This document shows, in pieces, positions 12,467 through 24,360 of a DNA stretch of 64,000 nucleotides. A program made the position numbers and the translations under genes. Source of the DNA: Azolla caroliniana (lineage: Eukaryota; Plantae; Polypodiophyta); assembly GCA_043228905.1 (NCBI GenBank), contig JBHGNT010000018.1, positions 14,322,001-14,386,000 on the forward strand, given 5' to 3'. The notes under the pieces were generated by a model that had not been told where the DNA came from, did no database searches, and saw nothing but the letters and a program-made list of their open reading frames with translations. Positions within the stretch are counted from its first letter, which is position 1, and every line of letters starts with the position of its first letter.

Positions 12467-15400
12467 GATGCACCAATACCTTGTCGGCCAAGGCTATTGG
12501 AGCTACATCAAAGGAGCACAAGAAAATCGACCCAACCCAAAGGACGTCGACTACTCAACATGGGAACAAGTGGCGAGTCGAGTAATGTATTGCTTGGCGA
12601 CATGTGTTCATGACCACATGCTCGGCTACATTCGAGAAGCTAAGACGCTAAAGGAAGCATGGAAGAATCTTAGGAAGATATTCACTGCCAATACGACGGC
12701 ACGAAAGCTTCAACTCTGCCAAGAGTTGAACAACATCCAACAACGGGACATGTCCATCACAAGCTACACCTTGAAGATCAAGGAGCATTGTGACTCGCTC
12801 GGCCCAATAAGAGCCAATGTGGAGGATGATGAGATAGTGCAAATATGCCTCAGCGGCCTTGCACCACGGTTCTTCGCGATGAGGACCGCCGTACTAGCAA
12901 AGGAGAATCCTCTGTCCTTCAATCTTCAATCCATGTTGTTGGTTGAAGAAAACCATGTTCAAACAAGGAGAAATGTGTCAGAAGGCGACATGCTCTACAC
13001 ACATTCGAACGGAGGAAGAAGACGCAGCCGAGGATGAGGCGGACGAGGTCCGACTTACAAAAACAACTCCCTATTTCGGCAACAAGACGGAAGCCATCAA
13101 GGAACATTCGGAAGAAGGGGGAGCTTCCATTCCAACCCAAGCCGACAAACCTCGATCGAATGTGGATATTGCATCAAAATCGGCAAACATGAAGAAGAGT
13201 GCCGAAAGAAGAAGCGTGAGTCGGCTTCCACAAGCCAACAACTAACCAACTACGCCACAAATTCCGACCATGATAACCATGGAAGAATGTTCGTGATGAG
13301 ACATATAGAAAATTCTATGCTTGCCTCTGCTTCGACTAGTGCCTCCGGTTTGGAAGATGTATGGTTCGTCGACTCTAGTGCTTCGAACCATATGACGTCT
13401 CATAGAGAATGGTTCTGAGACCTTCGAGAGCCGGATCGACCCAACTATGTCGAAACCGGAGACGGCACTACTCATCCGATTCGGCACATCGGCAATGTTG
13501 CATTCCGCAAAGAAGGTAACCAAACTTACATTAAGAATGCCTTGCATGTACCGACCATCACGAAGAATTTGGTCTCAGTCGGCTAAATGGTGGAGTAAGG
13601 TATGCAAGTTCGATTTAACCAAGGCGGTTGCTTCATCGAAAAAGAGGGTCGACTCATCATTCACAGTCGAAGGGAAGGTCGAATATTCATTCTCGATTCA
13701 CACGAGATGAAATCGTTCATGTTTGCAAAAGGCACCAAAGCCGACACAGACATAGAGTTGTGGCACAAGAGGATTTGCCACATCAATCTCAATAAACTCA
13801 AGGCAATGCAATTGAAAGGAGTCGTCATCAGGCTCTCGATATTCACGGAGAAGGAGATTGAAAGTGTATGTGCAACCTGCAAATTCGGCAAGCAACACCG
13901 GCACCTGTTCCCGAAAGAGAGGAACGTGAGCAAAGGCGTACTTGACCTAATTCATTCCAATGCATGGGGACCAGCTCAAACGGCTACATTCGGTGAATGC
14001 CGATACTACATGGCCTTTATCGACGACTTCTCCAGGCACACCTGGATCTACCCCATGAAGCAAAAGAGCGAAGTTCGGACACTTCCAGAAATTCAAAAGC
14101 GAAGTCAAAAAGACAATCAGCCATCATGTACGATGTCTTCGGTCGGATAGAGGAAAAGAGTACTTCCCTGACGAATTTTCAACTTTTCTCCAAAATGAAG
14201 GAATTCGGTGAGAGTTTCTGTGTCGACAAATATTGGCATCTATCTCATGAACCGGTGCACAACATCTGGTGTGCACGAGGTTACCCCGCACGAAAAGCGA
14301 AAAAAGCTCGATCCTGAGTCGGAGAAGTGTATCCCATGTAAGGATATTCGGTTCACTTGCATATGTGCACATTCCTGACAAAAAGTGACAAAAGCTCGAT
14401 CCTAAGTCAGATCTATCCTATGTAAGGATATTCGGTTCACTTGCATATGTGCACATTCTCGACGAAAAGCGACAAAAGCTCGATCCTAAGTCGGAGAAGT
14501 GTATCCTCGTAGGATACTCACTGGAGCAAAAGGGGTACAAGTGCTATAACCCCTCTACTCGGAAGGTTTGTTTAAGTCGAGATGTCATCTTTGACTAATC
14601 GACATCATGTTACGAACCCAAGCCGACTCCTTCCGAACCATTTACGAATGACCTCGACAACACAAAAGACGAAGTTCGACTCGAACACATGTTCAAAGAA
14701 AGCCTGATTACGAAAAGTTCTTATTCGGCCACAAGATCCCCCGAGCGACCAACGCACATCTCGGCCTTGTCCAAAGATGGACAAAGGCAAGGCGAAAATG
14801 TCGGAATATGAAGACTATCAATCCGACGACAATGAAACGACGCAATCCTTCGATAGTGACTGTGGTGGCTTCGATATACCTATCATGAAGACACCTGGTG
14901 TAAAGAAAGCCATTGCCACTACAAATGAAAACTCCGTCGCCCCACCCATGAGAAGAATCATGTTAGCTGATTCGGCTACAACGACTATATGGCATACCAC
15001 TATGCCTTTATGATGAAGGTGGTGATAGTTCGAGAACCAGAAAACGTTTCCGAAGCAGCAGAGGATCCATGATGGGTTGAAGTAATGAATGAGGAGATGC
15101 ATGCCCTATGCAAAAATGAGACGTGGGATCTCGTCCCCCACTCACCACAAAAGAAGGCAATCGGCTACAGATGGATATACAAAGTGAAGTATAATGCTGA
15201 CAGTTCCGTCAACCGCTACAAACCCCGACTCATTGTGAAAGGATACGCACAAACACATGGAGTCGACTACGAAGAGACCTTTGCCCCGATGGCAAAGATG
15301 ATGACTATGTGGACCATGATTGCACTTGTAGTGGCGAAAGGGTGGCACCTCCATCAGATGGATGTCAAGAACGTCTTTCTTCAAGGCGAATTAGAAGAGG

Positions 15401-16600
15401 AGGTGTACATGGTATAACCACCCAGCTTCGAATTCAACATTCATTTGAAAACCATCTGCCGACTCAAGAAGCCTCTCTATGACCTCAAGCAAGCACCGCA
15501 TGCTTGGCATTCAAAGATAACACAATATCTTCATCGAATCCGCTTTCTAATGTCGAAATCCGACAACTCCCTCTACACAGAAGCGATTCGGGAAGTTTGA
15601 TTATCATCATTCTATACGTGGATGATCTAGTTATTGGAGGTGAGCATCTTGTCAACATTAATAAGGTCAAGCCCCTCCTCTCTAGCAAATTCGAGATTAC
15701 GGACATGAAGGAGCTCGATTACTTCCTTGGCATTGAGGTAATTCGGACTGTGGACGGCATTATGATCTCTCAACGGCACTACATCCTCAACTTGTTATAC
15801 AAGTTCGGGATGATTGAGTGCAAATCTGTGGCAACCCCTCTCAATCGAAACCTCAAACTAGATGCCGACTCCGGCATGGAAGAGTGTGGGCCAACTCAGT
15901 ATCGACAACTAATCGGGAGTCTCATCTACCTCATGATCACTCGACCTGACCTGAATTATCAGGTCGGCCTCCTTAGCCAATTCATGCAAACTCCTAAGAT
16001 AACCATTTGGATTCTGCTAAACGATTATTACGATACGTGAGCGGCACAATGCATTGTGGTATTCTCTATGAATCGGCCACATCAATTCGACTCGAAGGGT
16101 ACACAAATGGCAACTGGGCCGGCTACAGAGCTGATCGACGATCAACCTCCCGATTTGTTTTCTCCCTTGGCAGCGGAGTGATTTCGTGGAGTAGCAAGAA
16201 GCAACCGATTGTTGCACTTTCGAGCACAAAGGCCGGATATAGGGGTGCAACTGTGGCTGCATGTGAAGTCGTATGGTTGAAACGAATCTTGAAGGATCTA
16301 GGCGTTCCCATCAAGAATCTGATTCCCCTCTACTACGACAACATGAGCAGTATTTATCTGGCTCAGAACTCGGTGTTCCACGCACACACGAAACGTATCG
16401 AAGTGCACTATCACTTCATTCAAAAGCACGTTTAGGCAGGAGATGTCGACCTTCAACACATCAACATGCATCTTGAGATAACCAACATCTTTACCAAAGC
16501 CTTATGAGCCGACAAGCTTCGACAATTCATGTCAGACCTTGGATTGACGATCCCTAACTTGCCAAGCTTGAGGGGGAGTACAAGAGAGAACCGGATACTG
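12393..16600 (+). pseudogene. copia D gag-pol, many stops and frameshifts
   Basis: Gag from ATG 12393, protease remnant near 13365, integrase, RT (YVDD) and RNase H fragments spread over many short ORFs. Confidence 0.9.
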
Positions 16601-16708
16601 TCCAAACCGGGTGCCTGCCGAAGTGGACACTGGATATCGTCTGAACCAAATACTAGCCGAAGCGGACATCAACCGAAAGGAGGCGATCAAGTTGAGCTTG
16701 AGGGGGTG

Positions 16709-17148
16709 TGTTGAGAATCAAGCTCAACCTAGCTTTGTGTGTGAACACACCCTTTGAGAATCTATGAGCACTCAAAGGTCAAAAGTCACACCACTACTCT
16801 CTACACATTAACTATGTGTCATAGAATCATATTCTATGACACATGCCTAATGAGTTTCATATTCCCCATGACTAATGAGTCTCCAAATTCCCCAAGAGAG
16901 AGTGGTTGTTGTAGTGAGTTAATGAAGACAGAGGGAGACCTTATATAAAGCACCCTCCTCCTACTTCATAGAGTGTCGGTTGTCCTCCCTTGTAATGCTA
17001 CATTTTGTAATTGATATTCTCCTTGTTATATACAATCTTCTTCTTGAGTACTTCATTTTTTTTCTCTTATCTCTCTTGTGTTTTCTCTTCTCTCCTCTCT
17101 TTTCTCTCATGCATATACATAACACACATCTCTTCCGCTACACATAAT
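16709..17148 (+). repeat. 3' LTR of copia D (last 18 bp displaced to 24121-24138 by gypsy E)
   Basis: Matches the 5' LTR; interrupted at ATAAT. Confidence 0.9.
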
Positions 17149-17877
17149 TGTGAAAGTGTTTTTAGAATCTAAGCCATTGAACATTAGGAGAATATAAAGT
17201 ATAGATAATTCACCTTTTGAGGATAAGAACACGAACTAAGACCTTAGGGAAGAAGTCAAAAGTAAAAGTACGAGACCAAGAGAAAAGTAAAAAGAGAAAA
17301 CGCAGACTATAAAAAACAGTAAAAATAGAATGGTCATAACTCCCTCTTTGTTTATCCAAATATCACGTTTAAATATGGATTAGAAAGCTTGTAAAAAGAG
17401 CTTTCTATAGCTTTTTAAATCGCTTAATTTGGATATCGGATGAGGGAGATATGACGATTAGAAGGTCGATGTGTCATAGCTAAAAATAGGGAGATAAAAA
17501 GCTTCTAAAAATAGCATGAACGTGGATAAGAAGAGGAAGGTTATAAAAGAAGAAGTGATATTAGTGAGGAGGGGGGCGAAGAGTGAAGGCAAAAGAGTGG
17601 ATGAGGAGTGTTAGGAAGAAGTGTCTTAGAAGAGGAAGGTCTTTGGTTTTAGTTCAATGTGGAGTTTGTCTCCTTTGTATTCTCTTGATGTTGGAATATC
17701 AGAACATTCTTATTTCTTGCTCGCTTTCTCTATCTTTTTTCTTAGTTTCTTGAGTTATACTCTCTAATCATAATTACCTAGAGCTATATAATATATTATG
17801 ATTTTCAACTCCATCTAATCGGTTTGGTCAAGCCCTCATATAGTGTATAACTATCTATTATCTTATACACCCTATCA
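17149..17877 (+). repeat. 5' LTR of gypsy E
   Basis: Near-identical to 23387-24115. Confidence 0.97.
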
Positions 17878-17965
17878 TTTTGGCGCTCCAGGGAGGGTGG
17901 ATCCTTTCCGTATAGGAGGGAGAACTTATCATTTAATTGTGTTACTATATTACATTAACTTAGCT

Positions 17966-20900
17966 ATGCAATTTGCATTTTCAGGTGAAAGAACACAAGA
18001 TGCGGGTGCCTTTTTGGCATCTTTTGAGCATCATGCTGTCTCTATTGGACGCATCACCGACAATGAGAAGTTACCTTTATTGGTAGCTACATTCTATGGT
18101 CGAGCTCGAGATTGGTATGACTCTCTTCCTCCAAACCAACAGGGAGCATATCAATTGTTGGTGCACCAGTTTCGTGCCAAATATATTCAACGACGAAGTG
18201 CAACCGAAGTGAGGGAAGAGCTATTTCGACTAAAGATGGAATCACCAATTGGTTTCACTGAGTATGAAAGAAATTTCAAGGATTTGTGGACTACATGGAT
18301 TCGTCTTCGTGGCGGCACTGAAGACGAGTGGTTTAAAATGGAACGATTCAAGATGGGTCTTGATATGTATTTCCGTTTGGAAGCAAACTTGAAGGATCCC
18401 ACATCGTTTCAAGCTCTTATCCAAGTTTGTCAAGCTTATGATCGACAAGTGAAGATGATGAGCTCCTTGGGGGATCCCCAAATGACGGCTTTGGGTGCAA
18501 ATTTGATGCCTCGTGCCAACTTTCAAGCCTCATCTTCAATTGTGCATGGGGGACAAGTGTTTCCAAATGTGTATACCACCACAACAATAAACCCAACAAG
18601 TATATCCCAAGAAGTTGAACAAGTGAGGAGTGAACAAGATACCATGGCATTGGTAAATCGGCGCTTTGATGAAGTGATGACCCACTTGCGACAATCCCAA
18701 GCAATTCACAACACTATTCCCGATGGTGGTGGCTCTAGAGGGCATCACGGTGTAATTTGTTATTCTTGTCAAGAGGAGGGACACATCTCAACAAGATGTC
18801 CTCATCGACAACAAAGAGGCATGGGAAGAGGCATTTATCAAGTGCAAAGGAATGGACAACGACCTAACAACAATGAAGTCGAAGGAAACGTAACACTCCC
18901 TATGGCTCAGGTTCCTACAATTCCTCATAATGTGAATCTTCTTAATTTTATTGATGATAGTGATAATTCTTTTGAAGTAGCTCCTGTGAAAAGGACAAGG
19001 TCCTCGCAAAAGGAGAAAGAAGTTGAAGGAGAATCTAGTGCCTCAAGACAAAAGAAGAAGTCTAAGGAGAATGAGAAAGAGGAAAAATTGAGAAGGAGAC
19101 ACTCTAGAAGAAAGATCAAGATGGAGGACATTCCTATGGGTGAAGGTGTAGAAGCTTTCAATTTGAAGCATGAGTTGATTTCAAGTGGACCAAGGATAAC
19201 ATGGCCGCAACTTCTCCAATTATCTCCCACATTACGAAAGGAGTGGGGGCGACTTGCAAGTATTCGGCAAAGTCGGAAGACTGTGCATTATGTGGGAATC
19301 GTGCGAGTAGAAGATCGAAAGGACATACGACCCACCATCCCCGTCTCCATCAAAGGGTTTCACATCAAAGATGCGTTGGTTGATAGTGGTGCTAGAGTAA
19401 GCTTGATTTCTGAATTTGTGGTAAACAAAGTGGGAATTCCTATAAGTAGGTCATCTTCGGCAAGAGTGGCTGTAGCCGATGGTGGAGTGGTCCATTGCAT
19501 TGGCATAGTGGAGGATGTTGTCATCAAGTGTTTTGGGGTAAGCATTTCCATGGATTTTCATGTAATACCACTAAAAGGACCGTCATATTCTTTGGTACTA
19601 GGACGACCATGGATGCAAGAACTCAATGTTGTCCAAGATTGGAGCAAAGGTTTGATGACCATAACGCCATCAAAAGGAGTGAGCATACATTATGATATGC
19701 GGCAACAAAGATTTATTGAGAAAGAAGAAGATGGAATAACTGAATATGATAGTGGGTCCGCATATGAAAGTGATGAAAGTGAAGATTCCTCGTCAGAATG
19801 GGAAATGACCACATCATATGCCGTTTTGAAGGAAGAAGATGGTGAAAGAGGTTTAATTACTATGGAGCAAAAAGAGAAGATGATTTCTAAAGATCTTAAA
19901 GGGCAAGAGAGGCAACAATTTATTAATTTGATTTCTGAATTTCCTAACCTTTTCATTAGTGATTATGCTCATATTAGGGGTGTAGATGTCATCCAACATC
20001 ACATAAATCTAAAGGAGGGTACAACTCCCGTTGCGCAAAAGTTGCGAAGGCTAGGTCACGTGCAAAAGGAGGCCTTATTAAAGGAAGTCAAAGCTTTGTT
20101 GCGTGCACAATTCATTTACCCAGTGGAAGATTCTGAATGGGTTTCGCCCATTGTGGTGGTACCTAAAAAGAATGGAAAATGGAGGGTTTGTGTTGATTAC
20201 AAACCTCTAAATGCGGCTACCAAGAGGGATCACTTTCCTCTCCCTTTCCAAGATGAAATATTAGATGAAATTGCGGGTCATGAAATGTACTCTGTTTGTG
20301 ATGGCTATTCAGGTTATTTTCAAATTCGTATTGCGGAAGAGGATCAAAAGAAGACGACATTCATCACTCCATGGGGATGCTTTGCATATCGATGCATGCC
20401 CTTTGGACTCACAAATGCTGTTTTTACATTTAATCGTCTTGCTATTCATGTATTCCAACCATTCTTTGGAAAGTTTGTTAGAGTCTTTATGGATGACTTT
20501 GCAATTTATAGTAGCAGGAAAGACCATTTGGAAAAGGTTCACTTGGCATTCAAAAGATTGGAGGAATGCAAAATGCAACTCAACCCAGAGAAGTGTCACA
20601 TAGGTGAAAAGGAGGTGGTGATGCTTGGTCATGTGGTGTCTCAAGAAGGAATCAAAGTTGATAGCTCAAAGATTGAAGCAATTCAAAAGATGACAACACC
20701 CACGAGTATCAAAGATTTGGAGGTATTTGTTCAAAAAGTTCGTTACTTTGAACGATTCATTCATATGTTGGCCCAAATTCTCTATCCTTTTCGCATTATT
20801 CTTCGCACCAACAACTTCTTGTGGACATCTACAACTGAAGAGCAATATGTAAGAATAAAAGAACTATTATGTAATGCTCCTATTCTAAAGCCACCTGATA

Positions 20901-23125
20901 GAACATCTACCTTCTTTCTTTCTCTTAGTGTTGGATCTCATGCTATAGGAGCCATTCTTATGCAACAAGATTCTGAAAATAGACTTATGCATCCTATATA
21001 TTTTATTAGTAAAGCCATGTCTGATGTAGAGAAAGAATTCTTAGAAGTAGAAAAGTGGATGTTAGCTCTTATATATGCTTGTAAAAAGTTTAGAAGCTTT
21101 CTACTACCTCATCATTTTGTAATAATCACTAGCATGTCATTACTCCCATATGTACTCCAACATGTGAGCATTTCAGCACGAATTGCTAAATGGGCTCTAC
21201 TATTGGCGGAGTTTGATTTTGAAGTCAAATTGGAATCAACTATGCGTGCCGAATTGGCGGATCTTCTCACCTTTAGAGAAACCTTTCATGAAGAAGACTT
21301 GGTAAAGCTACGAAAGGCACTTCCCGAGCCGGATATGGAGGATGCATTCACCTTATTCTTTGATGGGGCATTTCGCAAAGCCACAAACATAGCCGTGGGT
21401 GGGATTATTCTCAAGGATCCTCAAGGAGACAGAGTAAAAAGTGAAGGTATTACATTAAGTGGTGTGAATTCAAATAATGAAGCGGAGTATGCTACCTTGT
21501 GTTATGGTCTTCGTCTATGTAAAGCTATGAAGATAAAAAGATTAATTCTTAAGGGTGATTCCTTATTGGTAATTAAACAAATTCAAGGCAATTGGAAATG
21601 TCAAAGTGATGGGCTTAGAAATTTTTATAAAGAAGCAATGAGTCTACTAAGGTCTTTTGAAAAGATACAGGTTAAGCATGTGGGGAGATTATACAATAAA
21701 GAAGCGGATGCATTAGCTCAAGCCCAATTAGATAAGATCAAGGAAGGTTTCGTTGGTATTTTGGAGACGTGCAAAGATGTAGACTCCCTAGAGGAAGTAC
21801 ATAATTTTCTTAATAAAGGAGAGTTTCCAAATAACCTCAATGCTTTGCAAAGAAAGCGTTTGGTGGCAAAGGCTTCACAATATCATTTGGTGGGTGAAGA
21901 TTTGTACAACAAAGGGAAAGATGGAGTTTTACGAAGAGTTCCAAACAAAAGCGAGATTATAAAGATACTCTTTAAGTTGCATGAAGAAGTTTGTGGTGGG
22001 CATTTAGCCCATGATATAATGATAAGAAAGATTTTACTAATTGGTTTTACATGGCCTACTATCCATAGGGATGTGCATGATTGGTGTAGATCTTGTGATG
22101 CATGTCAAAAAGCGGGAATAAGACATCTACAAAGTGGACCTTTACAACCCATTGTGGTGTTTGCTCCATTCGAGAAATGGGGAATTGATGCAGTAGGACC
22201 TCTTCCGAAAACTCAACATGGTAAAGAGTTTATTTTGGTGGCCATTGACTACATGACAAAGTGGGTGGAAGCTATAGCAACTTCCTCAATTAAAGCCAAA
22301 GATGTAGCCCAATTTGTGTATAAGAATATTTGTACTAGATTTGGAGTTCCCATGGAGATTGTATCCGATCATGGACCCGGTTTTAGGAGTGAAATGTTAG
22401 CTTGTCTATTAAGCAAGTTGAAGATTAAGCATCGATATTCAACGCCTTATTATCCTCAAGCAAATGGTGCAGTTGAGAAAGTGAATGGGCTTATAGTGAA
22501 GAATTTGACAAAGTTAGTGCAAGACAAAGTAAGAACATGGGATAGGTATTTGGATGATACTCTTTGGGCTTATAGAGTTTCTTATAAATCCTCCACAGGT
22601 TTTACTCCTTTTTATTTGGTTTATGGAAAAGAAGCGTTACTTCCGATCGAACTTGAGATCAAAAGTAATAGACTAATGGAGGCATCGCATCGCTCAAAAG
22701 GAAATGATGTGATGAGTCGTTTAGCGAGCAACCATCTACTACAATATTCAAGAGAAGAAGCTGTGGAGCATTACTTAAATCAAGCAATGAAGAGAAAGGA
22801 GGCATATGACAAAAAACACAAGGGCAACCACATTGAAGAAGGATCATTGGTTCTTAGGTATGATAATAGATATGATTATATTCAAGGACAAAAGCTTGAT
22901 AATAAGTGGGAAGGACCCTTTGTGGTTCACAAAAAGTATGACAACGGAAGTTACCAATTGAAAGATGTGGATGGAGCACTTCATTCTTATCGAGTGAACG
23001 GATGGCGCCTTAAAAAGTATGTAACTCGGGGACCTACTTATATTCCCCAAGTTACTAATGATATTGTTGATACGGATGGATGGGAGCAAGAAGTGGACTT
23101 GTTTCCCCATACATTATTTTCTTAA
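17966..23125 (+). CDS. gypsy Gag-Pol polyprotein (Gag, CCHC, protease, RT, RNase H-like tether, additional RNase H, integrase)
   Basis: First ATG after the PBS within ORF 17843-23125; motifs CYSCQEEGHISTRC, LVDSGA, FMDD, FFDGAF…NNEAEY…GDS…NKEADALA, HHCC and D,D,E integrase. Confidence 0.93.
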   Translation: MQFAFSGERTQDAGAFLASFEHHAVSIGRITDNEKLPLLVATFYGRARDWYDSLPPNQQGAYQLLVHQFRAKYIQRRSATEVREELFRLKMESPIGFTEYERNFKDLWTTWIRLRGGTEDEWFKMERFKMGLDMYFRLEANLKDPTSFQALIQVCQAYDRQVKMMSSLGDPQMTALGANLMPRANFQASSSIVHGGQVFPNVYTTTTINPTSISQEVEQVRSEQDTMALVNRRFDEVMTHLRQSQAIHNTIPDGGGSRGHHGVICYSCQEEGHISTRCPHRQQRGMGRGIYQVQRNGQRPNNNEVEGNVTLPMAQVPTIPHNVNLLNFIDDSDNSFEVAPVKRTRSSQKEKEVEGESSASRQKKKSKENEKEEKLRRRHSRRKIKMEDIPMGEGVEAFNLKHELISSGPRITWPQLLQLSPTLRKEWGRLASIRQSRKTVHYVGIVRVEDRKDIRPTIPVSIKGFHIKDALVDSGARVSLISEFVVNKVGIPISRSSSARVAVADGGVVHCIGIVEDVVIKCFGVSISMDFHVIPLKGPSYSLVLGRPWMQELNVVQDWSKGLMTITPSKGVSIHYDMRQQRFIEKEEDGITEYDSGSAYESDESEDSSSEWEMTTSYAVLKEEDGERGLITMEQKEKMISKDLKGQERQQFINLISEFPNLFISDYAHIRGVDVIQHHINLKEGTTPVAQKLRRLGHVQKEALLKEVKALLRAQFIYPVEDSEWVSPIVVVPKKNGKWRVCVDYKPLNAATKRDHFPLPFQDEILDEIAGHEMYSVCDGYSGYFQIRIAEEDQKKTTFITPWGCFAYRCMPFGLTNAVFTFNRLAIHVFQPFFGKFVRVFMDDFAIYSSRKDHLEKVHLAFKRLEECKMQLNPEKCHIGEKEVVMLGHVVSQEGIKVDSSKIEAIQKMTTPTSIKDLEVFVQKVRYFERFIHMLAQILYPFRIILRTNNFLWTSTTEEQYVRIKELLCNAPILKPPDRTSTFFLSLSVGSHAIGAILMQQDSENRLMHPIYFISKAMSDVEKEFLEVEKWMLALIYACKKFRSFLLPHHFVIITSMSLLPYVLQHVSISARIAKWALLLAEFDFEVKLESTMRAELADLLTFRETFHEEDLVKLRKALPEPDMEDAFTLFFDGAFRKATNIAVGGIILKDPQGDRVKSEGITLSGVNSNNEAEYATLCYGLRLCKAMKIKRLILKGDSLLVIKQIQGNWKCQSDGLRNFYKEAMSLLRSFEKIQVKHVGRLYNKEADALAQAQLDKIKEGFVGILETCKDVDSLEEVHNFLNKGEFPNNLNALQRKRLVAKASQYHLVGEDLYNKGKDGVLRRVPNKSEIIKILFKLHEEVCGGHLAHDIMIRKILLIGFTWPTIHRDVHDWCRSCDACQKAGIRHLQSGPLQPIVVFAPFEKWGIDAVGPLPKTQHGKEFILVAIDYMTKWVEAIATSSIKAKDVAQFVYKNICTRFGVPMEIVSDHGPGFRSEMLACLLSKLKIKHRYSTPYYPQANGAVEKVNGLIVKNLTKLVQDKVRTWDRYLDDTLWAYRVSYKSSTGFTPFYLVYGKEALLPIELEIKSNRLMEASHRSKGNDVMSRLASNHLLQYSREEAVEHYLNQAMKRKEAYDKKHKGNHIEEGSLVLRYDNRYDYIQGQKLDNKWEGPFVVHKKYDNGSYQLKDVDGALHSYRVNGWRLKKYVTRGPTYIPQVTNDIVDTDGWEQEVDLFPHTLFS

Positions 23126-23386
23126 TAGTCCATATTGTAGACCCATCTTTCTCTCTATTAACAAAGAGGAAGATGGTAATAGTGATTATCTTTTTTATTT
23201 GTAGAGAATGTGAGGTTTTTCCTACCGATTAGCGGGGGTTTTACTCACATCTTTTTATTTTCTTTTTATTATATCTCTCTCATTGTCTATAGCCAAGAGA
23301 TTGGCGAGAGAGCTTTTGTTTGTTAAGTACTGCCAATAAGTGCTTCGCCATAAATGGCTTAGCCTCTAACAAGGAGGAGGGCTAAA

Positions 23387-24115
23387 TGTGAAAGTGTTTT
23401 TAGAATCTAAGCCATTGAACATTAGGAGAATATAAAGTATAGATAATTCACCTTTTGAGGATAAGAACACGAACTAAGACCTTAGGGAAGAAGTCAAAAG
23501 TAAAAGTACGAGACCAAGAGAAAAGTAAAAAGAGAAAACGCAGACTATAAAAAACAGTAAAAATAGAATGGTCATAACTCCCTCGTTGTTTATCCAAATA
23601 TCACGTTTAAATATGGATTAGAAAGCTTGTAAAAAGAGCTTTCTATAGCTTTTTAAATCGCTTAATTTGGATATCGGATGAGGGAGATATGACGATTAGA
23701 AGGTCGATGTGTCATAGCTAAAAATAGGGAGATAAAAAGCTTCTAAAAATAGCATGAACGTGGATAAGAAGAGGAAGGTTATAAAAGAAGAAGTGATATT
23801 AGTGAGGAGGGGGGCGAAGAGTGAAGGCAAAAGAGTGGATGAGGAGTGTTAGGAAGAAGTGTCTTAGAAGAGGAAGGTCTTTGGTTTTAGTTCAATGTGG
23901 AGTTTGTCTCCTTTGTATTCTCTTGATGTTGGAATATCAGAACATTCTTATTTCTTGCTCGCTTTCTCTATCTTTTTTCTTAGTTTCTTGAGTTATACTC
24001 TCTAATCATAATTACCTAGAGCTATATAATATATTATGATTTTCAACTCCATCTAATCGGTTTGGTCAAGCCCTCATATAGTGTATAACTATCTATTATC
24101 TTATACACCCTATCA
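23387..24115 (+). repeat. 3' LTR of gypsy E
   Basis: Near-identical to 17149-17877 (one substitution noticed by eye). Confidence 0.97.
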
Positions 24116-24138
24116 ATAATCATACCCGATTCTTTACA

Positions 24139-24360
24139 CATACACACCCATGTAGAATGGAGTAGTAGAACGGATCAACCGAACGATCCAAGAGAGGGTG
24201 ACGGCAATGCTCCAACAAGCCAAACTAAAGCTGGAGTTTTGGGCTGAAGCATTGCAAACAACAATATATCTTATCAATCTATCACCGTCAAAAGCAATAA
24301 GGCTCAAAGTGCCACAAGCACTATGGTCAGGCAAACAACTGACCTAAGACAGGCTTCGTA
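24139..24360 (+). mobile_element. continuation of copia C integrase
   Basis: Translates Y-TPM*NGVVERINRTIQERVTAML…FWAEAL, rejoining …KTIPY at 11321. Confidence 0.85.

Larger units (their letters stand above)
17149..24115 (+). mobile_element. intact Ty3/gypsy element E, non-chromovirus (Athila/Tat-related) with additional RNase H
   Basis: 729-bp LTRs TG…CA; TSD ATAAT (17144-17148, 24116-24120); PBS TGGCGCTCCAGGGAGG at 17881; PPT AAGGAGGAGGG at 23371-23381; single uninterrupted ORF. Confidence 0.97.
11322..24138 (+). mobile_element. full-length degraded Ty1/copia element D inserted in the integrase of C
   Basis: Two LTRs (11322-12240; 16709-17148 plus 24121-24138); TSD CATAT (11317-11321)/CATAC (24139-24143); PBS TGGTATTAGAGC at 12241; PPT 16698-16708. 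Confidence 0.93.

Noticed and set aside
17843-17965. N-terminal 41 aa of the 1760-aa ORF
   Set aside because: Starts at a GTG inside the LTR and crosses the PBS; ATG 17966 is the more plausible start.
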